Assembly: GCA_028279595.1 (NCBI GenBank)
Contig: JANQNK010000001.1
Location: forward strand, 128,001-192,000
Direction of reading: 5' to 3'
Length of the DNA stretch: 64,000 nucleotides
Source: Thermoplasmatota archaeon
GTDB taxonomy: Archaea; Thermoplasmatota; JAKEGO01
The notes beneath the pieces are model-generated. The model worked only from the letters and a program-made list of their open reading frames with translations. It was not told the DNA's origin and did no database searches. Made by a program: the position numbers and the translations under genes. Each line of letters begins with the position of its first letter. The stretch's first letter is position 1. Positions 18,739 through 27,589 of this stretch are shown here, one piece after another.

Positions 18739-21700
18739 CTACTCCCAGTCCACGTCCTCGTCGTCTTCGTCCTCATCCTCGTCGGCGTCTTCGTCCTCGT
18801 CGTCGAAGGACCAGTCGACATCCTCGTCTTCGTCCTTCTCCTTCTCTTCCTTGTCCTTCGCCGCTGCGCCCTTGACGGGCTTCTTCGTCCTGGTGAGGAG
18901 TCCGAGGATCAATCCGAGTGCTATCGGGATGACGATGGCGAGCACGATGATGAGCATGAAGAAGTCGCTACCAGTTTCACCATCGTCCCCGTTGGGGGGC
19001 TCCACACCCCTAATGCGGATCTCCTGGCCGGTGTTGTTGGTGACGGTTATCTGGTTCTTCCCGCTCGTCGCGGTGAAGGCGATCTCGTAGGTGCCGGAAT
19101 ATCTCATCTCCATCTTGATCTGGTAGGTGACACCGTCGATGTATTCCTGGGTCGTCGGTGTGTATCCAGATGTCCCGGTGTTCGGATTGATGGCATCCAG
19201 GTCGGTGACATTGTCGTTGTAACGGACCTTGATCTGTGTGGGCGCGTCCCCGTCCGGGTCCGAATAGACCACCGAGAACGTGAAGACGGTCGATGGAGTA
19301 CCACCCAATGGCGAGAACGTCATCTGATCCAGCAATGGAGCATTGTCGGCCTCCTCCACGGTGAACGGCCGCCATACGCTCGCTGTCTCCAACAGGCCGT
19401 CGGATGCGACGATCTGGTATCTGTAGGAATCGGCCCCGTAGTCGCCGTTGTCCGGTACGAAGGACCGCGAGTACTGGTAGTCCTTGCCGTCCCAGACGGA
19501 TTTGTCGGTCCTGTCCTTCTCGTCCATGTCGAAGGGTCCGTAGATCGTGCCGTCGCTCGTCCTCTCGAAGTACAGTTGGATGCTGTCAGGCCAGTTCTCG
19601 TCCCGGTCTGAGTAGTTGCACTTGAACCTTACCTGGGTGTTCTCGTCGGGCAGCAGCGGGGCGAACTGGACCTGGATCTCAGGGAGATAATCCACGGGGA
19701 AAGCTCCGTCGAGCTCGGCGACCTCGAAACCGTCCGAGGTCTCGATCTCGTAGGACCTGAAGCCGTTGTGGAGGTTGTCGATCTTCATCCAGAACTCCTT
19801 GCCGTTGAAGGTCGAGACATCGTCCACGTCCCTCTCGTACAGCGGAAGCGTGGGACTGCCCCACGTGTAGATGCGTCCCTCGAGGGCCATGGTGAGGTAT
19901 TCCACCGGGTCGTTATCGGGATCGGTGACGGTGATCATGAGGTCGTAGGGCGTGAACTCGTTCCCCTGGGCGGGATCGTAATCGAACTCGATCGAGGGAG
20001 CCGTGTTGTAGACCGTGATGTATTGGCTCGCTGTCATGTCCGTGAAGATGCCGTCGCTGACGTGGAAGTAGAACTCGTAGATGTCGTGGGGGGCGCCGCT
20101 GGTCGTGAATGCGTAGTAGGTCCCGAAGACCGGGGAGATGGCGTCCTGACGCTCCATCGGCCACGACCTGTTGTTGAAGAAGACGTAGGGCGCACCGTCG
20201 ACCGCGCTGTTGTCCGGATACTTCCCGTCGCTTTGCTGGTATTTTACCCTGAACGTGAAAGAGGTGGACGCGGTCCCGTTGTCCGGAGAGACCCTACCCT
20301 CGCTCAGTACCGGTCTCACGTAGTTAACGGACAGGTCCTCTGCCACCGGTGTCGGGGTCCAGTATCCGAGCGAGTCATTGGCGATGAAGTAGTAGGGGAA
20401 GATCCCGTTGTCAAGGATCAGGGATATGTTGTACATCACCCCGTTGACATAGTCGGTGGTGTTGTCCGACTTGGACATCGTGTGGTTGACACCGTCGATG
20501 TTCATGTACACCGTGCCCGGGACGTCGCCCTCGACATCGGTGTAGTTGATCGTGAAGTTGATCCAGGGATACCCGTCCGGGAATCCCCGTGTCTCGACCG
20601 GGTCCACCATGACCGGCGGTGCATTGTCCACGAAGACCTCCGACTGGTTGGTGGTCGTTGTCTCGCGGGTGTCGTTGAACTCGAACCAGTAGGTGTAGGT
20701 GTTACGCATGAGTGGGAGACTGATCTCGTAATGGGCGTTCGTGAAGTCGGTGTCGATCGTGGTCATGGTGTGCTCGACGCCGTTGACCCATACGCTGCTG
20801 ACCGTGGGCTCCTGACCCTCGTCGTCCATGTAGATGCAGTGGAATGCGACCGGTATGTCCGACGTGTAGTCGTCCGCCTGCACGTATCCGTTCAGGGTCG
20901 CCGGGTCGTTCGCGGTTACCAGGACCTTCCCTTCCTTTGACGTATCGACGTCCCTTGTCCCGATCCATGTCCCCGTGTCGATCTCGATCTCGGTGAGGTT
21001 GTAATGCTTGCCCGACAGGTCAGCGTATATGTACGGAACATCGATGTCGTAGATCATTCCCAGCGAGTCGGTCCTCGCGTCCGTTCCCGAGAATCCGGTG
21101 GTGGCGTATATCGTCCCCTCCTCGCAGGTGACCTTCACGTCGGCGTTCTGTGCGGCCGTTCCGTCGACCAGGTCGACCTCGATGTCTATCTCGTTCCGCG
21201 AGGAGACCCATCCGCTCCCCTGGGCGTTGAACGTGCCGGTGCTGTTGTTCAGATATTCGACATTTCTCAGGATAAGGCGCGAGTCCTGCACCACTCCATC
21301 ATATCCGTAGAACGTGTCCCCGTAGAAGGTCACGTCGGTGATCGTGGCATTGCACCTGTCCTGGAGGTACACCGCCTCCCTCAGGTTCCCGAAGTAGATG
21401 TTGGTCGCAGTGACATCGGAGCCGTCGTAGAGGTAGAGCCCCTTCTTCTGGGTCTCCGCATCGGTCCCGTTGAGGTACATGTCGGTCAGGACGACGGATG
21501 AGCTGTCGGGGACGTAGACGCAGGTCCCCTCGGCCTCGATGCTCCCTGTCACGTCGATGAGCGAGCTGTCGTCGATCCTAAGTCCCCTGGAGGGTAAGGC
21601 CCACAGGTCCAGTGTGAAATCGATATCCGTGACGGAATCGATGTCGATCCCATACGCGGTCAGCCCGGTGCCTGTCATCTCCACGGTGATGGCGGTGCAT

Positions 21701-22356
21701 CCTCCCTGGAGCTCGATCCCGGTCGGGGCTCCCTCGATGTACAGGTCCCTTGAGCCGGACGCACCAATGGTGACGTCGGAACACGTGAAGGCCGATATCC
21801 CGAACTTCACCGAATCCCGTATCTCGAGCCCCTCGAGGGTGGAGTCGCCGACCTTGGACAGGAACACGCCCCAGCTGTTCTCGCTGAAGTCACAGTCCGT
21901 CACCAGCAGGCTGGACACCTCTTCCGCGAAGACCCCGTACTTGTTGTCGTACAGCTCGCAGGTCTCGATGGTCACGGCGTCCGCGTCGACGTACACACCC
22001 GCGTAGACCTGACCTCCGCCCCCGAGCTTGGAGTTGGAGAAGTTGAGGTTAAGCAGGGTGACCCCGTCTGCGATGACGTAGGATCCGTTGCCGGTCCCGT
22101 TCGCATCGATAATGACCTTCCCGGCGTTCCTCCTGATGGTCAGGTTCGCCACGTCCACGACGAGGTTCCCGTCGTAGGAGCCGTTGTTGACCAGGACCAG
22201 GTCCCCGTCCGCCGCGTTGTCGATGGCGTCCTGAATGTTGTCGTAGTCGAATCCGCCGCTGTCGTCAACGGTGATCGTGGCGCCTTCCGAGGTAATACCA
22301 ACCAATGAAAGGAGAGTGAACGCTACTAGCACCATCACAAGATACCTGACAGACAT
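18739..22356 (-). CDS. Surface protein: parallel beta-helix (NosD/CASH-like), ~6 Ig-like repeats, TM helix, acidic tail
   Basis: Signal peptide; ATITVDDSGG.DY.NIQDAIDNA; beta-helix repeats; repeated F...Y.D.(D/E)G..P units; TM segment; D/E-rich C-terminus. Confidence 0.82.
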   Translation of the reverse strand: MSVRYLVMVLVAFTLLSLVGITSEGATITVDDSGGFDYDNIQDAIDNAADGDLVLVNNGSYDGNLVVDVANLTIRRNAGKVIIDANGTGNGSYVIADGVTLLNLNFSNSKLGGGGQVYAGVYVDADAVTIETCELYDNKYGVFAEEVSSLLVTDCDFSENSWGVFLSKVGDSTLEGLEIRDSVKFGISAFTCSDVTIGASGSRDLYIEGAPTGIELQGGCTAITVEMTGTGLTAYGIDIDSVTDIDFTLDLWALPSRGLRIDDSSLIDVTGSIEAEGTCVYVPDSSSVVLTDMYLNGTDAETQKKGLYLYDGSDVTATNIYFGNLREAVYLQDRCNATITDVTFYGDTFYGYDGVVQDSRLILRNVEYLNNSTGTFNAQGSGWVSSRNEIDIEVDLVDGTAAQNADVKVTCEEGTIYATTGFSGTDARTDSLGMIYDIDVPYIYADLSGKHYNLTEIEIDTGTWIGTRDVDTSKEGKVLVTANDPATLNGYVQADDYTSDIPVAFHCIYMDDEGQEPTVSSVWVNGVEHTMTTIDTDFTNAHYEISLPLMRNTYTYWFEFNDTRETTTTNQSEVFVDNAPPVMVDPVETRGFPDGYPWINFTINYTDVEGDVPGTVYMNIDGVNHTMSKSDNTTDYVNGVMYNISLILDNGIFPYYFIANDSLGYWTPTPVAEDLSVNYVRPVLSEGRVSPDNGTASTSFTFRVKYQQSDGKYPDNSAVDGAPYVFFNNRSWPMERQDAISPVFGTYYAFTTSGAPHDIYEFYFHVSDGIFTDMTASQYITVYNTAPSIEFDYDPAQGNEFTPYDLMITVTDPDNDPVEYLTMALEGRIYTWGSPTLPLYERDVDDVSTFNGKEFWMKIDNLHNGFRSYEIETSDGFEVAELDGAFPVDYLPEIQVQFAPLLPDENTQVRFKCNYSDRDENWPDSIQLYFERTSDGTIYGPFDMDEKDRTDKSVWDGKDYQYSRSFVPDNGDYGADSYRYQIVASDGLLETASVWRPFTVEEADNAPLLDQMTFSPLGGTPSTVFTFSVVYSDPDGDAPTQIKVRYNDNVTDLDAINPNTGTSGYTPTTQEYIDGVTYQIKMEMRYSGTYEIAFTATSGKNQITVTNNTGQEIRIRGVEPPNGDDGETGSDFFMLIIVLAIVIPIALGLILGLLTRTKKPVKGAAAKDKEEKEKDEDEDVDWSFDDEDEDADEDEDEDDEDVDWE

Positions 22357-22399
22357 GGAACATCGCCAGCCCATTTAAACCACGGATTGGATATATAAT

Positions 22400-24442
22400 T
22401 TACTGTTTGATATTGTGAATCCGGCGCCAATTCCGCCTTGACCATTCTATTGCAGCACGCGCCGTCGCGGGTCCCATGTGGGGAAGCCCCTCGATATCGG
22501 CCATCTGCGCCTCCCCCAGCGCCTGCAGGTCTCGGTATCCAGCACCGTACAGTACCCGGCCCCTTCTCCGACCGATCCCGGGTACCCGCATGAGCGGGAG
22601 CAACTCCCGTTTGACCCCGCTCGCGAGCCTTCTCGAGACCTCGCGGGCCGCCTCGCCGACACCCTTGTCCTCGAGGGCCGCTATCTCGGAGTATGCACCA
22701 CCCAGCCAAGCGGCCGTCTCCCTCAGGTTGTGCAGGTCGCCTGGACCTATGCCGAACGTCTCGGTGATCTGCGCCTCCGGCATCTCCTCGATCCATGCCA
22801 TGAGGACGGCGGCGGTCCTGATCGCGTCGTCGTGGTCCTCCGCCGGAACGAGCGGCGTCAGCCAGTCGGTCTCCTCCGTGAACCTGTCGATGTCGTCGGT
22901 GTCCTTTCGCGCTGAAAGCCGGTACATGTCCGGACACGATGCTATGGCCATCAGGTGGTGGAACGCCCCCTCCGGCATGACGGCCACCGCCTGGCGGAAT
23001 AGGACCGCGCTGGCCGGATCGACGTAGACCCGGGAGGTGATCACTCCGAGGTCCGTCGGCCTTATCCCCTCCTCGATGTCGATGAACTCGCCCTCCTCGA
23101 GCATCTCGAGGGTGTGCTCGAGGGCGCTCTCCATGGTCCACAGGTCGGTGGTGTGGGCATAGTATGTATTCGAAAGGAAGTCCTCGATGTCGGCCTCCGA
23201 CCGGCATTCCCCCGTCGCTATGGCCGCTAGGATGTGAACCCTCATGGCCCTCGGGTCGAGGAGCTTCGAGGTTATGGGCTCGACCTCGCCGAGGATGTAG
23301 GCATCGACGGCCTTCCGGGCAGCCCTGTCGTTGCCTGCCACGATCACAGCCTCACCGTGGGGGTCCAGTCCCGGTCGGCCGGCACGCCCCATCATCTGGC
23401 GTATCTCCAGCACCGGGATGTCGGTCATTCCGACACCTCGCTCGAACCGCCTCGTGGTCAGGACGAGTACCCTTCTCGCGGGCAGGTTTATCCCGGCGGC
23501 CAGGGTCGGCGTGGCGAAGAGGACCTTGACGGAACCCTCGCGGAAGGCCGTCTCGACGATCCTCCTCATCTCGCTGCCGAGTCCTGCGTGGTGGAATCCT
23601 GCCCCTCCCTTCATCGCTGCTGTCAATGACTTTCCGATCTCGCCCCAGTCCTCATCGGGTTCGATCGCCGGACCGGATATTCCGAGGGTGGCGCCGAAGG
23701 ACGATGCGTTCTTCGCCGCCTCCTTCCGGCTTCTCGTGAAGACAAGGACCTGTCCGCCCTCGGCGACGGTCTCCCCGACCATGTCCTCCCACCCGGGGCC
23801 CGGTTTCCTCGTCTCACCGTCGATGAAATCGAGAACGCCCTTGGTGAAGACCCCCTCGCGCAATCTGACGGGTCGCCAGTCCGACGTGACCAGCTTCGCA
23901 TCGAGCCACAGGGCGATCCCCATTGCATTTCCGACGGTCGCCGAGAGTGCGACAATCTGGACGCCCCGCCGCTTCATCATCGCCAGGACGATCTCGAGGG
24001 TCGGTCCCCGCCGTTGGTCGGTGATCAGATGGACCTCGTCCGCGATGCATACGCCGACCTCGTCGAAGAAATCGTTGCCATGACGGAGGAGGGCGTCCGC
24101 CTTCTCGGAAGTTACTACGACCACATCGTTGTCCTTCAACGCCCTGTCGTCCGTCGACAGGTCGCCTGTGGAGATGCCCACCTTATACTCGGGAAGGACC
24201 GTCTTGAGGTCCTCGTACTTCTCCGCAGCCAGGGCTCTGAGGGGCACGATGTACAGACCCTTCCTCCCCGACCTAAGGCCGTTGAGGAGCGCCGCGTATG
24301 CGACGAGGCTCTTCCCGGCCGCCGTCGGCACGCTCACGAGGACGCTGCGACCCTCCAAGACATGAGGGATCGCCTCCTCCTGGGGCGGATAGAGGCTCTC
24401 TATGCCCATCCGCTCGAGCATGGGTCCGAGGACGTCGTCCAT
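22400..24442 (-). CDS. hel308: Ski2-like DNA helicase Hel308/Hjm
   Basis: LYPPQ, PTAAGKS, VPLRALA, DEVH, LSAT, HHAGL, TPTLAAGINLPA, QMMGRAGRPG, C-terminal HhH. Start placed at MDDVLG. Confidence 0.92.
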   Translation of the reverse strand: MDDVLGPMLERMGIESLYPPQEEAIPHVLEGRSVLVSVPTAAGKSLVAYAALLNGLRSGRKGLYIVPLRALAAEKYEDLKTVLPEYKVGISTGDLSTDDRALKDNDVVVVTSEKADALLRHGNDFFDEVGVCIADEVHLITDQRRGPTLEIVLAMMKRRGVQIVALSATVGNAMGIALWLDAKLVTSDWRPVRLREGVFTKGVLDFIDGETRKPGPGWEDMVGETVAEGGQVLVFTRSRKEAAKNASSFGATLGISGPAIEPDEDWGEIGKSLTAAMKGGAGFHHAGLGSEMRRIVETAFREGSVKVLFATPTLAAGINLPARRVLVLTTRRFERGVGMTDIPVLEIRQMMGRAGRPGLDPHGEAVIVAGNDRAARKAVDAYILGEVEPITSKLLDPRAMRVHILAAIATGECRSEADIEDFLSNTYYAHTTDLWTMESALEHTLEMLEEGEFIDIEEGIRPTDLGVITSRVYVDPASAVLFRQAVAVMPEGAFHHLMAIASCPDMYRLSARKDTDDIDRFTEETDWLTPLVPAEDHDDAIRTAAVLMAWIEEMPEAQITETFGIGPGDLHNLRETAAWLGGAYSEIAALEDKGVGEAAREVSRRLASGVKRELLPLMRVPGIGRRRGRVLYGAGYRDLQALGEAQMADIEGLPHMGPATARAAIEWSRRNWRRIHNIKQ

Positions 24443-24568
24443 GGGCGGCCAAGGCCCAGAGGGTTCAAAAGCATTCCCTGTAGGGGTCGGTGAAATTGCT
24501 TTCTTCCGGATGGTAGGTTCCGGACCTGTAGTATAAACGACGGGTGACATGGGAATATCGGTGAGGAT

Positions 24569-25060
24569 GTGAGGCGAACCCTCGACGAGCTGATAGACAG
24601 TGTGCTCGAGAACGAGACCAGGCGCAGGATATACATGCACCTGCTGAGGACCCCGGGAGACCACTACCGCGGGATCATGAGAGCAGTGGGGATCGGCAAC
24701 GGCAACCTGTCGTACCACATGCAGGTGATGGAGAAGGCGAGGACAGTGAAGGTCCGGAGGACCCCGGGACGGACGAGGTACTATCCCGCCGAGATCAACC
24801 CAGGACCAGTCCAGAATGACCTGAGGCGGTCACTGATGTTCACGATCGCAACGTCACCCGGGGTCACTGACCGAAATCTGTCGGTCAAGTTCGAGCGTTC
24901 TGTAAGATGGATACGGGAGAACCTTGTCATCCTTGAAGATTCAGACCTCATCGGGATAACAAGAGGCAGAGCGACCTGGAGATGTTTCCTACAGGTGCCA
25001 GAGGAGAACGTTTTCTCGATGAATCCGAGTGGGCTGTTGCATTCACCGACTGGAATATAG
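24569..25060 (+). CDS. Tandem winged-helix transcription regulator (ArsR-like)
   Basis: LENETRRRIYMHL..TPG.HY..I......GNGNLSYHM.V; second unit I...PG.T...LS. Confidence 0.75.
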   Translation: MRRTLDELIDSVLENETRRRIYMHLLRTPGDHYRGIMRAVGIGNGNLSYHMQVMEKARTVKVRRTPGRTRYYPAEINPGPVQNDLRRSLMFTIATSPGVTDRNLSVKFERSVRWIRENLVILEDSDLIGITRGRATWRCFLQVPEENVFSMNPSGLLHSPTGI

Positions 25061-25062
25061 AA

Positions 25063-25117
25063 GCGGACCCGCGGGGATTCGCGCAGCAGATGCTTCGCAT
25101 CAGCGCGGTTCGCGAAC
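25063..25117 (-). repeat. Partial copy of the tRNA-Arg 3' end with a GATGC/GCATC hairpin at the T loop (family B)
   Basis: 19 nt (25063-25081) identical to 25210-25228, then hairpin GATGC-TTC-GCATC, then GGTTC and GCGAAC. Confidence 0.85.
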
Positions 25118-25210
25118 AGATTGAGAGATTATTGCCAGCCAGTTCACGAACAACCCTATTGGAGAGCGGGTTCTCAATCGCGGGACCTCTAATTTACGTA
25201 TGAAAATAGG

Positions 25211-25284
25211 CGGACCCGCGGGGATTCGAACCCCGGACATCCAGCTTAGAAGGCTGGCGCCCTATCCAGCTAGGCCACGGGCCC
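25211..25284 (-). tRNA. tRNA-Arg (TCT)
   Basis: GGGCCCG...CGGGTCC-G; anticodon arm CCAGC-CT-TCT-AA-GCTGG; GTTCGAATC. Confidence 0.97.
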
Positions 25285-25379
25285 ATTACAGCAAAGTGAT
25301 ATTAAAGGCATATTATAAGTTACCTCTCCAGAACCGAACCTTTATTATAGCCGACCCTTTTGACCGCTCAGGTGAGACA

Positions 25380-25853
25380 TTGACTGAGACCATCGAAGCA
25401 CTCGTCGAGGGAGGCAAGGCTACTCCCGGTCCGCCCCTGGGTCCGGCACTCGGTCCGCTGGGAGTGAACATCGGCGAGATCATCAAGACGATCAACGAGA
25501 AGACGAAGGACTTCGACGGGATGAAGGTGCCCGTCAAGGTGAAGGTCAACCCCAAGACCAAGGCGTTCGAGATATCCATCGGAACGCCGCCCGTCAGCGC
25601 TCTCGTTCTCGCGGAGATCGGGATCGACAAGGGCTCGGGCGCCAGGCTCGACTCGGTCGCGGGAAACCTGACCATCGAACAGGCGGCGAAGATCGCGCGG
25701 ATGAAGACGGACTCCCTCCTCGGCAACGACATGAAGGCGAGGGTGAAGGAGGTCGTCGGGTCCTGCGTGTCCATGGGCGTCACCGTCGAGGGCAGGGACC
25801 CGAAGGCCGCCATCAAGGCGATCGATGCCGGCGACCTCATCGTGCCCGAGTGA
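25380..25853 (+). CDS. rpl11: 50S ribosomal protein L11 (uL11)
   Basis: GGKATPGPPLGPALGPLGVN, GTPPVSAL, GSCVSMGVTVEG; TTG start after GGTGA. Confidence 0.96.
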   Translation: MTETIEALVEGGKATPGPPLGPALGPLGVNIGEIIKTINEKTKDFDGMKVPVKVKVNPKTKAFEISIGTPPVSALVLAEIGIDKGSGARLDSVAGNLTIEQAAKIARMKTDSLLGNDMKARVKEVVGSCVSMGVTVEGRDPKAAIKAIDAGDLIVPE

Positions 25854-25984
25854 GCTGTCGCGACGATCACGACGGCCCTGCGGGGTTCGACGACCGACGT
25901 GGTGCGGACCGGACATCGTCGTTTGTCGTTACACGTTATACAAAAGATACTTATAGGGCACCTTGTTAGGGAAAACCCCACACT

Positions 25985-26719
25985 GTGATGCCAATGATCC
26001 AGGGGGTAATAGGAAACTTCGAGTGGACACCAGTCTCGATACTCTCGCTCCTAGGCCAGGTACTTGCAGTGCTGTTCGTCGTGATAGGCGCCGTTCTCCT
26101 GTTCTCCCTGGTCATCGGATACCGGGCCTACAGGAGGGGAAAGGTCCGGATGCCCGGCCCCATCCTCCTCGTGATCGATATCTTCTACACCCCGTTGAAG
26201 AAGCTCCTCAAGGTCTTCCGGAAGGACCCGAGGGTCGTCGACGACATCTCGATCGTCCTCCGCAACCACGTCAACATGGAGAACTACGCGATCACCAAGC
26301 CGGAGGAGCGCGTCGTCCTCGTACCGCAGTGCCTCCGGCACACCCGGTGCCCCGCGCCGATGAGCTCGGAGGACGGATTCACCTGCAGGGTCTGCGGTCT
26401 CTGCGACATTGCGAAGATTTATAAAGTGGGAAACGCAATCGGGACAGAGGTCTACATTGCGCCCGGGGGCAGATTCGCTAAGAGGATTCTCTCTCGGTCC
26501 AAACATGGGGGCAAAAAGGCTGTACTCGGTGTAGCCTGCCATACCGATCTATATGAGGGCCTTCTCGCGGCGAAGATAGGGGATATCCCTGCACAGGGGG
26601 TGCCCTTGAAGACCGAGGGGTGCGTGGCGACCAAAGTCGACATCGACAGGGTAATAGACATGATGCTCGTGGGACTGAACGCGGAAGAGACCGATCGGGT
26701 CAGGGAGTTGGTGGCGTGA
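25985..26719 (+). CDS. DUF116 family membrane protein (Cys-rich)
   Basis: N-terminal TM; PQCLR...C.....G..C..CG.C.I, GVAC..DL..G, PL...GC..T.VD. Confidence 0.8.
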   Translation: MMPMIQGVIGNFEWTPVSILSLLGQVLAVLFVVIGAVLLFSLVIGYRAYRRGKVRMPGPILLVIDIFYTPLKKLLKVFRKDPRVVDDISIVLRNHVNMENYAITKPEERVVLVPQCLRHTRCPAPMSSEDGFTCRVCGLCDIAKIYKVGNAIGTEVYIAPGGRFAKRILSRSKHGGKKAVLGVACHTDLYEGLLAAKIGDIPAQGVPLKTEGCVATKVDIDRVIDMMLVGLNAEETDRVRELVA

Positions 26720-27450
26720 TACTGCCTGCAAGTCCCTACTTCTGGCTCTCCGTCATCACCATCGGTGCCACTGCGACGTTCTTCTCGCTGATCGGTTTCG
26801 CACTGTTCGTTGGCAAGCGAAACATCGACAGGGACAGGAAGAGCTTCCCGAAGTTCACCCTGGCGATCATCACCACGTTCTACAATCCCATCCGTCTCCT
26901 CCTGAGGAAGTTCGGAAAGGACGACCGCATCGTCCAGCGGATCGGCGTCGACCTCTACAACCACCTCGCAGAGGAACGGTACTCCAAGGTCCCGGCGGGC
27001 GAGAGGATCGTCGTGATCCCGCACTGTCTGAGGGACATCAACTGTCCGGCGAAGACCGACCCCATCGCAGGTATATTGTGCGTGAAGTGCAACAAGTGCG
27101 GCATCGGCCCGTTCATTACGAAGGCCGAGGAGCACGGGGTCAAGACCTACGTGGTCAACGGGTCCTCCTTCGTGAAGAGGGTCGTGATCCATTACCAACC
27201 AAAGGGCGTATACGGTGTTGCATGCACGAGGGACCTCTTCGAGGTCGAGCACGCCATCAACTCGAGGGGCATCCCGATGGTGGGCAACCTCCTGATGAGG
27301 GACGGCTGCGTGGGGACCGACGTCGACTGGGATTCCGCAATGAAGAAGTTCACCATCGGACTGCCTCCCATCCCGAGCGAGATGGCCGAGGCGGCTCCGG
27401 AGACTCCTGCCGTCGAGCCGGCAACGGCCGAGACCGAGGCAGAGGCCTGA
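26716..27450 (+). CDS. DUF116 family membrane protein (paralogue)
   Basis: GTG start overlapping the upstream TGA; PHCLR...CPA......C.KC.KC.I, GVAC.RDL, L..DGC..T.VD. Confidence 0.8.
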   Translation: MILPASPYFWLSVITIGATATFFSLIGFALFVGKRNIDRDRKSFPKFTLAIITTFYNPIRLLLRKFGKDDRIVQRIGVDLYNHLAEERYSKVPAGERIVVIPHCLRDINCPAKTDPIAGILCVKCNKCGIGPFITKAEEHGVKTYVVNGSSFVKRVVIHYQPKGVYGVACTRDLFEVEHAINSRGIPMVGNLLMRDGCVGTDVDWDSAMKKFTIGLPPIPSEMAEAAPETPAVEPATAETEAEA

Positions 27451-27589
27451 TAACGATCGACCAACATATCACTGGAAGATTTTCCCCGGGCTTTTCAGCA
27501 TGTGCTATCTCGGGCCATGTCTCCGGAACGTACCATTACTTCCTGTGGAGACTGGGTCATACTGACAAATCAAGACTGGCTCATCGGGA

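Noticed and set aside
24443-24718. N-terminal extensions in the ORF track for Hel308 (also arlB, rpl11, pirin, mptA, pyrG, purH)
   Set aside because: The extensions overlap promoters, tRNAs or divergent genes; family similarity and SD/TATA signals point to downstream starts.
25063-25228. attL/attR of an intact integrated element at tRNA-Arg (likewise Gly and Tyr)
   Set aside because: The direct repeats are only about 150-200 nt apart with no integrase or cargo between them; at most these are scars.
27515-27572. Hairpin GTCTCC...GGAGAC followed by ACA as a possible H/ACA RNA
   Set aside because: No K-turn/K-loop or clear pseudouridylation pocket; an ordinary hairpin between convergent genes is enough to explain it.
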